Shown: in pieces, positions 40,600 through 50,280 of the stretch
Numbering within the stretch: the first letter of the stretch is position 1
Layout of the letters: each line of letters opens with the position of its first letter
Virus record (IMG/VR): IMGVR_UViG_3300023202_000247
Location: 248,001-312,000 of that record
Length of the DNA stretch: 64,000 nt
Direction: 5' to 3' (one strand)
Notes under the pieces: generated by a model
Database searches by the model: none
What the model was told of the DNA's origin: nothing
Seen by the model: the letters and a program-made list of their open reading frames with translations, nothing else
Program-made: the position numbers and the translations under genes

Positions 40600-41578
40600 A
40601 TGGTTAAGGTTTTGTTTTTGCCCCTTAACTATGGTTAGCGATGTTGTCCAACAAGGCGTTTACGATGCTTTTGAAGAGGCTGGATGTGCACTAGAGGTGT
40701 TTGATTATTTCAAAAAATATCATCAAACTAAAAACATTCAAACAACACGCCAATCATTAATTAACATTGCAAAACGATTCAAGCCTCACTTGATTCATTT
40801 GCAAATACAGCATACATCAATCATAGATTATAAAACCATTCAAAGATTGAAAGCTGAGAACCCACGCACAATTGTTACAAATTGGACGGGTGATGTGCGC
40901 AACTACGTCCCCCCAACTTACAAGAAAATATCTGAAGTTGCTGATTTTAATTTAATATCATCTACTGGGCAAATCTCTATGTTTGAAAACTCTCTTGGTA
41001 AGAGGGTTAACTATTGGCAAATTGGATTCAATCCAAAGTTGTATTTTCCCAAAAACAAAGGTGGTCAATTCAAGCACGATTGTGTATTCATAGGACATCA
41101 CAATTCACGCGAAAACTATCCCGGTGCAGCTCAGCGTTTGAAGGCATGTACGCTTTTACGTCGTGCATTCAATGATAGGTTTTTATTGCATGGCTCTCAT
41201 TGGCCAAAAAGCCTGAGAAGCCGTGGTGCATTGGATCAAAGAAAAGTTAATGAGGCGTATTCCAACTCTCTTTGTAATATAAGCATCAGCCATTATAATG
41301 ATTTAGAAAACTATTTTTCTGATAGACTTTTGATGTGTATGGCTTCTGGAAGGCCAACCATTGCATTGAAATTTCCAGGCTGGCAATCTTTTTTCGCAGA
41401 TATGGGAGATATAGTTATTGCACGAAGTATAGATGAAATTCCAAACAAAGTGCGTATGTTGGTAGACAATCCCGATCTGGCTAATTACATCGGTCAAAAC
41501 GGGGCTGCCAAGGTTATGGCAGAGCATACATACTATAGTCGCATAATAGAACTTTTAGAAATGGTCAACTTGAGATAA
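40600..41578 (+). CDS. CgeB/YkvP-family glycosyltransferase (N-terminus apparently split by a +1 frameshift at ~40636)
   Basis: C-terminal YFSDRLLMCMASG motif. A strong SD (AAGGAGGT 40587-40594) points to ATG 40600 (MVKVLFLPLNYG-stop), while the main frame is open from ATG 40631. Confidence 0.7.
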
Positions 41579-42308
41579 TAGCCTCAAACTCATCTTTTAG
41601 CTTTTCGTTCAAAGTCTTTTTCTCATCCCTGGTGAGCAAAGACATATCCATATTTGCTTTAGCTATCTTTGTGCTGTTGTTTGCTTGTGGATTGCCATAT
41701 TTAAAGTTTGGCTTTCTCAAAACAAAATCACCTTTGATACGCCACATATCTTTTGCTCTTTCATTAAAATAAGCAATCGATTTGGCGTTGCCAGCATTGC
41801 ATAGCTTTTCTAGACCAAGAACTATTTTATCTTTATTCGTATTTTTAACAGCATTAAGTAGCTGGTTATAATCCGCTAGAAACTTGTCCATTGGCATAAA
41901 GTTTCTATTATGTTGTTTGCTTAACAATTTGTAACTGTTGTATAAAGCTTTTGGTTCTCTAAATACAAATACCAATACGTTAGATTTATTCATCATTTTG
42001 CTGATGTATGGTTTCATCTTTCCATCATCTGGACGAAATGTCTCTTTAATACCACCAATGCTAAATGTATCATCATTGTTTAGCCTTTGTCGAGTTGCTC
42101 TAAAAACACTATCTGCATTGTTACAGTTTAAGTTTTTTAATTTATCAAATGTTATAGATTTGGGATTTGTTAAGTATATCCATTGTGGTTCACACAGGCA
42201 AAATCCATTGTCGAGTGAGTTCAAAATGTTACACACTATAGTTGTACCACCACGTGGTAAACCGAGTACTGAAAAAAGTTGCTTGTTTTTTTGAGTTTCA
42301 ATCTTCAT
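41565..42308 (-). CDS. Sulfotransferase-like P-loop protein
   Basis: GLPRGGTT resembles the 5'-PSB loop and FVFREP...SY the 3'-PB motif. Start reassigned to ATG 42308 (MKIETQ). Confidence 0.6.
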   Translation of the reverse strand: MKIETQKNKQLFSVLGLPRGGTTIVCNILNSLDNGFCLCEPQWIYLTNPKSITFDKLKNLNCNNADSVFRATRQRLNNDDTFSIGGIKETFRPDDGKMKPYISKMMNKSNVLVFVFREPKALYNSYKLLSKQHNRNFMPMDKFLADYNQLLNAVKNTNKDKIVLGLEKLCNAGNAKSIAYFNERAKDMWRIKGDFVLRKPNFKYGNPQANNSTKIAKANMDMSLLTRDEKKTLNEKLKDEFEAIISS

Positions 42309-42316
42309 ATTGAGTA

Positions 42317-42325
42317 TATATACCA
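42317..42325 (-). promoter_or_regulatory. Putative extended -10 promoter TGGTATATA, 8 nt before ATG 42308
   Basis: Minus-strand copy of the motif in a 16-bp divergent spacer. Confidence 0.5.
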
Positions 42326-42966
42326 TGGATAAATATAAGATAATAGCAGATCACTATGACGAATGCTTTAAAAAACACGGTGATACGGCTCAGGGGGCTG
42401 ACTGGCCCAATGAAGAAGACCTGCAAGAGCGTTTTAAGGTTTTATCAGCAAATGTAAAACAACAGTCAAGTTTAACAACGATATTAGACTTTGGGTGCGG
42501 CACTGGCCGTCTGTTATCTTATCTTTTGAATAATAAAAACTTTTTGTTTTTATATTATGGTGTTGATATAAATCAAGCAGTCATTGACGCTGCTGAGAAA
42601 AAATTTGATAATATAAATTTAGTAAAGTTTTATTGTCACGATTTAAGAGAAGATAATTTATCATTGGCGCAAGATGCATCAACGACATTTGGTCATGTTA
42701 TAGCCAATGGTGTTTTTACTGAAAAGCTTTCATTATCTGAAGATGACATGTGGGATTTTTTCACACAAAAAGTCGGTCTTCTTTGGAAACTTACCAAAAA
42801 CTCTTTAGCATTCAATGTCATGAGTAAACACGTTGATTATGAACGAGATGACTTGTTTCACGTGTCTTATGATAAAATGGCTTCTTTTGTTAGAACCATG
42901 ACTAATGAATATGCATTTCGTTGTGATTATGGTTTATATGAATACACTGTGTACATGTATAGGTAA
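42325..42966 (+). CDS. Class I SAM-dependent methyltransferase
   Basis: ILDFGCGTG, YGVDIN and VIANGVF motifs. The likely start is ATG 42325. Confidence 0.85.
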   Translation: MDKYKIIADHYDECFKKHGDTAQGADWPNEEDLQERFKVLSANVKQQSSLTTILDFGCGTGRLLSYLLNNKNFLFLYYGVDINQAVIDAAEKKFDNINLVKFYCHDLREDNLSLAQDASTTFGHVIANGVFTEKLSLSEDDMWDFFTQKVGLLWKLTKNSLAFNVMSKHVDYERDDLFHVSYDKMASFVRTMTNEYAFRCDYGLYEYTVYMYR

Positions 42967-42968
42967 AA

Positions 42969-43649
42969 ATGAATAAAGGTATTGTTATATTTGGAAACAA
43001 AGATTTTGCAGAATTAGCAAAGTTTTACATTGAAAATGATCCACCACATTATCATCATGTATTTTATAATTCGCGAGTTTGTGCTTTTACAGTTGATGAT
43101 GAATATGTGACAGAAAATTCGTTCAATGGTCTTCCAGTAATTCCGCTGAGTGAACTGGAAAAGCACCATCCGCCTGATGAATATCATATGTTTGCACCAA
43201 TGAGCCATTCTAACATGAATGGTGACCGAAAATCAGTTGTTGAACGTTTGGAGAGCAAAAACTATAAGATGATTAACTATGTTAGTTCTAAAGCAACTGT
43301 TCTATCCAAACTTCCATCGTTTTCCAATCTATTCATTTTAGAAGATAACACCATTCAGCCATTTGTTAAAGTTGGAAAGAATATTGTTATGTGGAGTGGT
43401 AATCATATTGGACATCATAGTACAATAGGTGACGACGTTTTTTTCACATCACATGTTGTTTTGAGTGGTCATTGTAAAGTTGGCAACGGATCGTTTTTTG
43501 GCGTCAACTCTACGATTCGAGATGGTGTGAAAATTGGAGAAAAATCCTTGGTATCTATGGGGGCTTTAATTACCAAAGATACGGATTCTTGTGGTGTTTA
43601 TATGGGAGTTCCAGCTAAGAAAATAAAAACTATCGATGAAGTGGGTTAA
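42969..43649 (+). CDS. Sugar acyltransferase, NeuD/PglB-like hexapeptide repeat family
   Basis: Left-handed beta-helix repeats (NHIGHHSTIGDDVF...CKVGNGSFFGVNSTI) and C-terminal GVPAK. Confidence 0.88.
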   Translation: MNKGIVIFGNKDFAELAKFYIENDPPHYHHVFYNSRVCAFTVDDEYVTENSFNGLPVIPLSELEKHHPPDEYHMFAPMSHSNMNGDRKSVVERLESKNYKMINYVSSKATVLSKLPSFSNLFILEDNTIQPFVKVGKNIVMWSGNHIGHHSTIGDDVFFTSHVVLSGHCKVGNGSFFGVNSTIRDGVKIGEKSLVSMGALITKDTDSCGVYMGVPAKKIKTIDEVG

Positions 43650-44556
43650 GCAAGGAAATATATTTTCGCGTCGACATGCACAAGTTCCAACGGTTGATGT
43701 GCTCGGAAAGACTTGGCGTGTGTACTATGCTTCTAGAGATTCTAGAAATAGAAGTTATACTACATTTGTAGATTTAGATGCTGAGAACCCAAGACTCGTT
43801 TTGAATGATTTCAAAAAACCAATTTTGGATCTTGGAGCACCTGGGTGTTTTGATGACTGTGGTATAATGCCGAGTCATGTTATAAACATTGGTTCAGTTA
43901 AAAGAATGTATTATGTTGGATGGACCAAAAGACAGACGGTACCATATCACAATGGTATTGGTGTTGCCGAAAGTTATGACAATGGACTTACATATCACAA
44001 ACTTTTTGATGGTCCTATCCTAACAACTACGGCGGAAGAACCATATTTTTGCGGAACATCATGGGTAATTTTCGATGAAGAAGATGTGACATTTAAAATG
44101 TATTACATGTCTACTACTGAGTGGAGAGAAGTGGATGGTAAAATGGAGCCTCGATATCATATTAAATATGCTGAAAGTATGGATGGTATCAAATGGGTTA
44201 GGGCTGGACACATTGCTGTCGATTATGCCAATGAAAATGAAGGTGGTCTGGTAAAGGCGACCATCTTACGCAAAAAACACTATCACATGTGGTTTTCTCA
44301 TAGAAGCATAAACGATTATAGACGCAATAAAGATAATACATATAAGATAGGTTACGCTACTAGTGAGACGGGGTTTTACTGGGAACGTAACGACGCGCAG
44401 GCAGGAATATCTCTTGGAGAAAATTCCTGGGATGATGAAATGATTTGCTACCCACATGTATTTGAGCACAAAGGTAAAATACATATGTTGTATAATGGTA
44501 ATGGTTTTGGAGCCACAGGTTTTGGCTGGGCTACGTTGGAGGACTTTAATGTCTGA
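43636..44556 (+). CDS. Five-bladed beta-propeller, GH32/GH43-like protein
   Basis: FDDCG-x-MPS, RMYYVGW, IGVAES-x-D-x-G-x-T and LYNGNGFG-x-TGFG motifs, a family often seen in polysaccharide loci. Confidence 0.7.
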   Translation: MKWVKQGNIFSRRHAQVPTVDVLGKTWRVYYASRDSRNRSYTTFVDLDAENPRLVLNDFKKPILDLGAPGCFDDCGIMPSHVINIGSVKRMYYVGWTKRQTVPYHNGIGVAESYDNGLTYHKLFDGPILTTTAEEPYFCGTSWVIFDEEDVTFKMYYMSTTEWREVDGKMEPRYHIKYAESMDGIKWVRAGHIAVDYANENEGGLVKATILRKKHYHMWFSHRSINDYRRNKDNTYKIGYATSETGFYWERNDAQAGISLGENSWDDEMICYPHVFEHKGKIHMLYNGNGFGATGFGWATLEDFNV

Positions 44557-45427
44557 TTTTGTTAATGATTTTTTTAACTTTGTTGATGTTCATTCGGATG
44601 AATTTTGTGAAAATGGTTACGTGTTATTAAAACAAGTAATTGATGAAACAATATTAGATATAATACGTACAGATGCTCAAACAGTATTTATAAATGCAGC
44701 ACAGCATTCTGATATCATAGATACTGAAGAGCTATGGGATGACTCTGAAAAATTTGAAGAAAACGTTACGAGTTGGATGACACAACTCTTTCAAAAAGAT
44801 TTTGAGTATTTTCTCAATTGTGGAAAGCTTGTTCAAAATTTACCAGAGCTGCACAAATTGGGATCATCTGATGCGCTAACGAATGCGATGCTTTCAATTG
44901 GAAATTATTTTCCTGTCATTTGTACTAGACCAGTTCTATATTTCAATATGAAACAGTTAGCTAAGGATGAGGTGTTTTATAAAAGCCCACCACATCAAGA
45001 TTGGAGAAGCATGCAGGGAAGTTTGAATTCAGCAATTGCCTGGGTTCCTCTTTGCAACATCGATGATGATATGGGACCACTAGAAATTATTCCAAAGAGT
45101 CACAAGTGGGGATTACAAGAGACAGTTGAAGACAAGTGGTTCCGACACATTGATGGACTGGACGATGATCAATTTGAAAAAGTTAATGTAGAAAAAGGCG
45201 ATCTTCTTCTCTTCTCATCATTTTTGATTCATCGAAGCGGTAATAACACGTCCGACAAAATTAGGTGGTCCTGTCATTTTCGTTACAATGATGCAAGTGA
45301 ACCAACATTCATGGAACGAAAGCTTCCAACTCCTTATGTTTATAAACCACAACAAGAGTTGATTACACCTGAGTTTCCTTCAGGTGAAGATATTAAAAGA
45401 ATATTCACTCCAAGTAAAAAGAATTAA
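44549..45427 (+). CDS. Phytanoyl-CoA dioxygenase-family 2OG-Fe(II) oxygenase
   Basis: PPHQD (HxD), AWVPL, GPLEIIPKSH and distal LIHRSG...R. Start reassigned to ATG 44549, which follows a GGAGG. Confidence 0.85.
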   Translation: MSDFVNDFFNFVDVHSDEFCENGYVLLKQVIDETILDIIRTDAQTVFINAAQHSDIIDTEELWDDSEKFEENVTSWMTQLFQKDFEYFLNCGKLVQNLPELHKLGSSDALTNAMLSIGNYFPVICTRPVLYFNMKQLAKDEVFYKSPPHQDWRSMQGSLNSAIAWVPLCNIDDDMGPLEIIPKSHKWGLQETVEDKWFRHIDGLDDDQFEKVNVEKGDLLLFSSFLIHRSGNNTSDKIRWSCHFRYNDASEPTFMERKLPTPYVYKPQQELITPEFPSGEDIKRIFTPSKKN

Positions 45428-46076
45428 GCCATCCATATATATCTGATTTACTATAAGTCATCATTTGATGGATTATAGAAAGATAAGGAAAGTTTGATGG
45501 TATTTGTTTCATGTGAATAAATTTCAAGTCTATGTCGCCGAAATTTTTTTGGTCATATAAATGTTTTCCGCCGGGTGCATTGATGTAACATTTGGCGGAT
45601 TTCTTTTTGCAAATGTCTATAATGCGTTTACTCCCATGTAAATCACTTGTTTCCAACTCTGAAGACTTTGTAATTTTAGTTGTGATATCTAGATAATCAC
45701 AAATCATTTTGATGCCCAACTCATTGAGCTGGGCAATTGTTTTGCTATCTGAGTTCAAACAATCTGCCACCAAACTAAAAACTTTTACAAAGTATGGTGA
45801 TCTTTTATAATTTAGGTCTATTGTTTTTAGTATTGAATTTTTCCATTTCCTGTCAGAATGAATATAAGTTTCATTTATTTTTTTGTTTTGACTTGGTTTG
45901 TTAATAGAACATGAAATGTATTTCGGTTCATTACCGATCAATATTTGATTTCGATGCACCCAGCCACGTTTGATATAGTTGACATCATCGTATAAAACAA
46001 ATTCATCAACTGCGTTTATCATTTGAAAATACCCAATATATGGAAAGAAATATGGTTGCATTATAGCAAGTTTCAA
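45405..46076 (-). CDS. wbqC: WbqC-family protein (putative glycyltransferase-associated)
   Basis: AIMQPYFFPYIGYFQ, YDDVNYIKRGWVHRN, YINAPGGK-x-LY and SIIH are WbqC signature motifs. Confidence 0.9.
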   Translation of the reverse strand: MKLAIMQPYFFPYIGYFQMINAVDEFVLYDDVNYIKRGWVHRNQILIGNEPKYISCSINKPSQNKKINETYIHSDRKWKNSILKTIDLNYKRSPYFVKVFSLVADCLNSDSKTIAQLNELGIKMICDYLDITTKITKSSELETSDLHGSKRIIDICKKKSAKCYINAPGGKHLYDQKNFGDIDLKFIHMKQIPSNFPYLSIIHQMMTYSKSDIYGWLNSFYLE

Positions 46077-47089
46077 TTTATCCTCGCGAATTCTTTTATT
46101 GCGTTTATTATAGTTTCAATTTGATTTTTTGTCATAGAATCATTTAACGGAAAGTTTACTATTCTGTTGTAGATATCGTTTGCGATGATATCATCTTCCA
46201 ATAGCGGTTTATAGTATTTGCCGGTTATTATTCCAAGATTAGTAAAATACATATTATCAACATTATTGTTGAATAATACTGGTAGGTTGCCATATACTAT
46301 TCCATCACTATAATTAAATAAATTTATGTTATCAGGTATGTTGTTTATTATTTGACTCTGATTATAAATGTGCTTATCTTTGTTATATTTTTCGAGATGG
46401 GACAATATGTATGCGGCAGTTATATCGCTCATCTTGAAATTTGAAGACATAACATTAAAGTCTCTACTATGACGAAATCCGAAATTAGTTATCGACTCAA
46501 CCGCTTCGTATTCATCTTTTGGTACAACTATGAAGCCACCTTCTCCGACACCAAGGTATTTGGTATGATGTAAGCTACCAAAACTATACTTTCCATAGTT
46601 ACACATATTTCTACCATTTATGATAGATAGCGGTGAACTAGCATTATCAAATATGACAACTTTGTTTTTTAATGATGACCAATGTTCTATATTTGCATTT
46701 GACCCAAATGTATTTGTTATAATGATACCGTCATAATGATTACCAATATCAACAGGCAGTGTTTTCGTATCCGGATCTATTTTCTCGATGGAAACATCAA
46801 ATGAATTTGATACAACTGATGATGGGAATGTGAACGATGGAGTAACCCATCGTAACTTACGTGCAGCATTTTGCTCTGCTAAAAACATCAAAACGTGTAA
46901 TGCAGCTGTTCCGTTGGAAACGCATAGTATATCCTTATGATCGGAAAGTTCCAAAACATTACGAAGTTCATTTTCTAGCATCCGTTTTACCGGACCACCA
47001 TTAGTAAAATGATTCAGTTTGTTAGAGATGGAAAGCAGTTTACTAACCCGTTGGTTTTTCCAATGTTTTTTAGCTACAAAGTTAATCAT
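46073..47089 (-). CDS. DegT/DnrJ/EryC1/StrS PLP-dependent sugar aminotransferase
   Basis: VSNGTAAL, PSFTF, DNASS, SLHHTK-x-LGVGEGG and NFKMSD (PLP Lys region). Confidence 0.88.
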   Translation of the reverse strand: MINFVAKKHWKNQRVSKLLSISNKLNHFTNGGPVKRMLENELRNVLELSDHKDILCVSNGTAALHVLMFLAEQNAARKLRWVTPSFTFPSSVVSNSFDVSIEKIDPDTKTLPVDIGNHYDGIIITNTFGSNANIEHWSSLKNKVVIFDNASSPLSIINGRNMCNYGKYSFGSLHHTKYLGVGEGGFIVVPKDEYEAVESITNFGFRHSRDFNVMSSNFKMSDITAAYILSHLEKYNKDKHIYNQSQIINNIPDNINLFNYSDGIVYGNLPVLFNNNVDNMYFTNLGIITGKYYKPLLEDDIIANDIYNRIVNFPLNDSMTKNQIETIINAIKEFARIN

Positions 47090-47124
47090 GTTCTACAAAT
47101 ATGCATTCTGTGCCATATATTTTG

Positions 47125-48030
47125 ATGTTTCCAATTGTTTTAGCTAGTCATTTGGTAAGGTCTTCTAAGCCGGGGGAAATCCATGGTGGATTGTATCTTG
47201 CCAATTTTAACAATAAAAAATACGAATGTGTCATGGATTGGAGCGATCCAATAAATTGGCAAGGTCGTGGAGCAGATAGAGGTCTTCGCGGTGTATCTGT
47301 CGTTGATAAAAACACAATTTATGTACTTACATCACGCTCATTGCTTTTATTAGATGGCAAATTTAGAGTTGTTAAAAGATTTGAAAATGAATATCTTTTG
47401 TTTTGTCATGAAACTTGTAGATTCAATAACAAGTTATTTATAGCTTCTACAGGATATGACTCGATTATTTCATTCAATTTAAATACTAAGAAGTTTGATG
47501 AGGGGTTTTGTGTTCGTGGTAAACGATTGAAAATATTCAATCCAAATCAAAAGGGACAATTGAAAGATAATGACACGATGCATATCAACAACGTTTATGC
47601 TGATGAGCGAGGTATTTTCTTTTGTGGGACAAGTTTGGACAAGTTGTATCGTATAAAAAACAACAATGTTGAAATATACTGTAATTCTCCAAAAGGTACT
47701 CACAATTGTAGACCATTTAATAGTAGTGAGATAATATATAATGATACTAAAAGAAACTGTACCGTAATTCGTAAAAACGGTGGGGGCGGTGAGTTCAAAT
47801 TTCCAATAAAAGCAATTCCTCGTCAAAACATGACTAGTCTTCAAGGTAATGATGCCATTGCAAAACAGCCATTTGCTCGCGGATTAGTTGTTGACAAAGG
47901 TTACATCATAAATGGTTCATCTCCAGCATTACTTTCTTGTTATGACATATCTAGCAAGAAAAAGGTTAAAGAGATAAAAATGTCTAACGACATTAGGGTT
48001 ACCATTCATGGTATGGCGGTGTATGAGTGA
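47125..48030 (+). CDS. Beta-propeller protein (DUF4915/TIGR03032-like)
   Basis: RGLRG, HET, HINNV, THN and PFARGL blade motifs. The likely start is ATG 47125. Confidence 0.5.
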   Translation: MFPIVLASHLVRSSKPGEIHGGLYLANFNNKKYECVMDWSDPINWQGRGADRGLRGVSVVDKNTIYVLTSRSLLLLDGKFRVVKRFENEYLLFCHETCRFNNKLFIASTGYDSIISFNLNTKKFDEGFCVRGKRLKIFNPNQKGQLKDNDTMHINNVYADERGIFFCGTSLDKLYRIKNNNVEIYCNSPKGTHNCRPFNSSEIIYNDTKRNCTVIRKNGGGGEFKFPIKAIPRQNMTSLQGNDAIAKQPFARGLVVDKGYIINGSSPALLSCYDISSKKKVKEIKMSNDIRVTIHGMAVYE

Positions 48031-48785
48031 AAGCTTTGATTCTCACATATGATCGTCAAATTTCTTTTGCAAATTTGGTAATAGAATCTTACAATCATTT
48101 ATGGCCCGACAATGGTTTTGAGTGGATAGTACCATTCAATAATAAAAAACCAAACTTTACAACAACCAAAAATATAAATTTTATTCAATCTCCAAGTATG
48201 ATTCGTTCCACCGTAGAACGATTGCTTCACGGTTTGCCAAATGATGAATTTGTATTTTGGGCTTTTGACGATGTATATCCTCGCAAAATTGCCGACATAG
48301 ATACGTTAAAAGCATCTAGAGATTTGATATACAATGGTAAACCAAACAGGTTTGATTCTATTAGAATAGCTCATAGTATAGCAAACCCAAATGCTTGGAA
48401 AGGTGAAAAGGTTGATATCAATGGTACGAAGTACATTCATAAGAATGGTTTTGGTTCATTTTGGTTTCACCAATTCATAAATGTAAAAACACTGAAAAAG
48501 ATATTTTTAAATAACAGGCTGAAACATAATTATTCTATTAGGCAGGTTAATTCGTTCCCACCACATAAAGTGTTCATGCCCACCAAAAAGATTTGTTTCT
48601 TTGGTGAGACAGCTAGACACTCAGCAATGACGAAAAACGCTTACGATGATTTGAAGAAATATGGTATAAAAATACCAAAAATACCATTTATGAAAACTGT
48701 AGTAATAGTTGACAATCATACTAAAGCTGGAAAAAACGAGCTACGTCTCGTAGCTCGTGGTCATAAACCACCGGTGATATCATGA
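48027..48785 (+). CDS. Hypothetical protein, possibly GT-A-like
   Basis: MKALILTYD start and FWAFDD (DxD-like) motif, in the glycan locus. Confidence 0.45.
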   Translation: MKALILTYDRQISFANLVIESYNHLWPDNGFEWIVPFNNKKPNFTTTKNINFIQSPSMIRSTVERLLHGLPNDEFVFWAFDDVYPRKIADIDTLKASRDLIYNGKPNRFDSIRIAHSIANPNAWKGEKVDINGTKYIHKNGFGSFWFHQFINVKTLKKIFLNNRLKHNYSIRQVNSFPPHKVFMPTKKICFFGETARHSAMTKNAYDDLKKYGIKIPKIPFMKTVVIVDNHTKAGKNELRLVARGHKPPVIS

Positions 48786-49705
48786 CAAATTTGAGAAAAA
48801 TGAAGCTGCATATGCAAAGCCCGGTACAAATGTATTACCCAGAACCGGAGTTTTTTATAGAAAAGATAAAGAATAAAGAGAGTTTTTATTTCATTCGTTT
48901 TCAAATTGAATGGTGGTTGATATTGCGTTTTGGTCTCTGGGCCATGGGGTACAAGGACAAACCCGTTCCGAGGCATCTGTTCAAAGACAAACAGTTTCTA
49001 AAACGTTGGGGTAAAGAAGTTGTTAGGGCTTGGGATACAAAACGCAAGGGTAAAAAACGAAAATACAAATTTGATCCCAATGTATTTGCTGACTTGATTG
49101 AAATATCAGTTTCACCCAAACCTAAGGATTTTTACTTTGCATATAGTGATCGTGCATTTAGCAAGCACTTGCCGCCAAAAGCTTGGGATCATAGATGGAA
49201 GTGGACATCTGAATTTTTTCAACAATTGTTCCCGCCAGGTGAGATCAATTACTGTTCTTTAATATTTAGAAACTGGGCACAATCTGGCAAAATTCATAAA
49301 ATAATGGAAAGTGTGAAAAATGAAAACGTCTTAATCATCGGACCTTATTATTATAAAAATTTTGCTAATAAACTCGGCTTCAAGAATGCTAAATACATAG
49401 AGATACATCATACACATGCTACTATAAATATAGATAAAAAACTAAAAGAGATTCGGCGTAAGCGTCAAGAATGGTTTGGCGATGAATATGTATTTGGATT
49501 GGTGGTTGGCGGGGCTGCTGGCGCATGGCTAATTCGAAACATGTATGGAATGAAAAATACATCTTTCATAGAGTTTGGCAGAGCTTTAGATGTTTACTAC
49601 TATTATGATAAAGTTTATAAACAAATTCCACAATGGATTTGGGGAACATGGATGGAAAACCACAAACCCAAATGGGTTGCAGAGCACAAGGAGTTGATAC
49701 GATGA
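48782..49705 (+). CDS. Hypothetical protein, possibly GT-D-fold-like
   Basis: SFYFIRF...VLIIGP...GGAAG...FIEFGRALD loosely follows the GT-D (DUF1792) layout. Confidence 0.35.
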   Translation: MTNLRKMKLHMQSPVQMYYPEPEFFIEKIKNKESFYFIRFQIEWWLILRFGLWAMGYKDKPVPRHLFKDKQFLKRWGKEVVRAWDTKRKGKKRKYKFDPNVFADLIEISVSPKPKDFYFAYSDRAFSKHLPPKAWDHRWKWTSEFFQQLFPPGEINYCSLIFRNWAQSGKIHKIMESVKNENVLIIGPYYYKNFANKLGFKNAKYIEIHHTHATINIDKKLKEIRRKRQEWFGDEYVFGLVVGGAAGAWLIRNMYGMKNTSFIEFGRALDVYYYYDKVYKQIPQWIWGTWMENHKPKWVAEHKELIR

Positions 49706-50268
49706 GTTTAGTTATTGCTGCTATGGGTAGATGTGGTTCTACCATGCTTTTTTCTACACTAAAGAGAAAGTTTTACAAAGCCATATTTGAAAAAGATTTA
49801 GCATCATCGTATGCTGATGGTTTAATCATCAAGACTCACGACTTTGCACCTAAACAATTGAAAAACTGTAAAGTTATTTATCTATTTGGAGATCCTAGAA
49901 ATATAGTTCTTTCAGCTCATACTAAAGGTAAAATTGATAGGAGAAGACATTATAGAAACATGCATGCTCCTTTCAAAGAAGAATTTTTGCAGAATGATAC
50001 ATTTGTAATTAAAGATACTTTGAGGCTGGAAGATAATTTTGATTCATGGTATAAAAAACAATCATTTCCTTTGTTGACTCTTAGATACGAAACTCTTTAT
50101 GATAATCGAGACGTGTTGAAACAATTTTTGGGATTTCCTCCTATGTTGCCAAAACCCAGAAACAGAACGACGAACTGGGAAAAGTTTCCCAGAGCTAACA
50201 GGTTGGACAAAACATATGCAGGTCTTTTGAAAAAAATAGAAGAGGCTGAAGATGCAAAAATTTGGTAA
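49702..50268 (+). CDS. Sulfotransferase-like P-loop protein
   Basis: AMGRCGSTML loop, IKTH, YLFGDPRN-x-x-x-S and LRYE motifs. Start at ATG 49702 after an AAGGAG. Confidence 0.55.
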   Translation: MSLVIAAMGRCGSTMLFSTLKRKFYKAIFEKDLASSYADGLIIKTHDFAPKQLKNCKVIYLFGDPRNIVLSAHTKGKIDRRRHYRNMHAPFKEEFLQNDTFVIKDTLRLEDNFDSWYKKQSFPLLTLRYETLYDNRDVLKQFLGFPPMLPKPRNRTTNWEKFPRANRLDKTYAGLLKKIEEAEDAKIW

Positions 50269-50271
50269 CGC

Positions 50272-50280
50272 TGATATATA
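50272..50280 (+). promoter_or_regulatory. Putative extended -10 promoter TGATATATA, 7 nt before the gmd ATG
   Basis: Motif copy. No SD between the motif and ATG 50288. Confidence 0.55.

Noticed and set aside
44549-45427. PhyH oxygenase as a TET/JBP-like DNA-modifying enzyme
   Set aside because: Its motif layout is PhyH-type and its neighbours are sugar-tailoring genes. No base-modification partners are visible in the window.
47090-47124. Third bidirectional TATATA promoter between the DegT and propeller genes
   Set aside because: Only CATATATT is present, 3 nt from the likely ATG and without the TG extension. The spacing does not fit the pattern.
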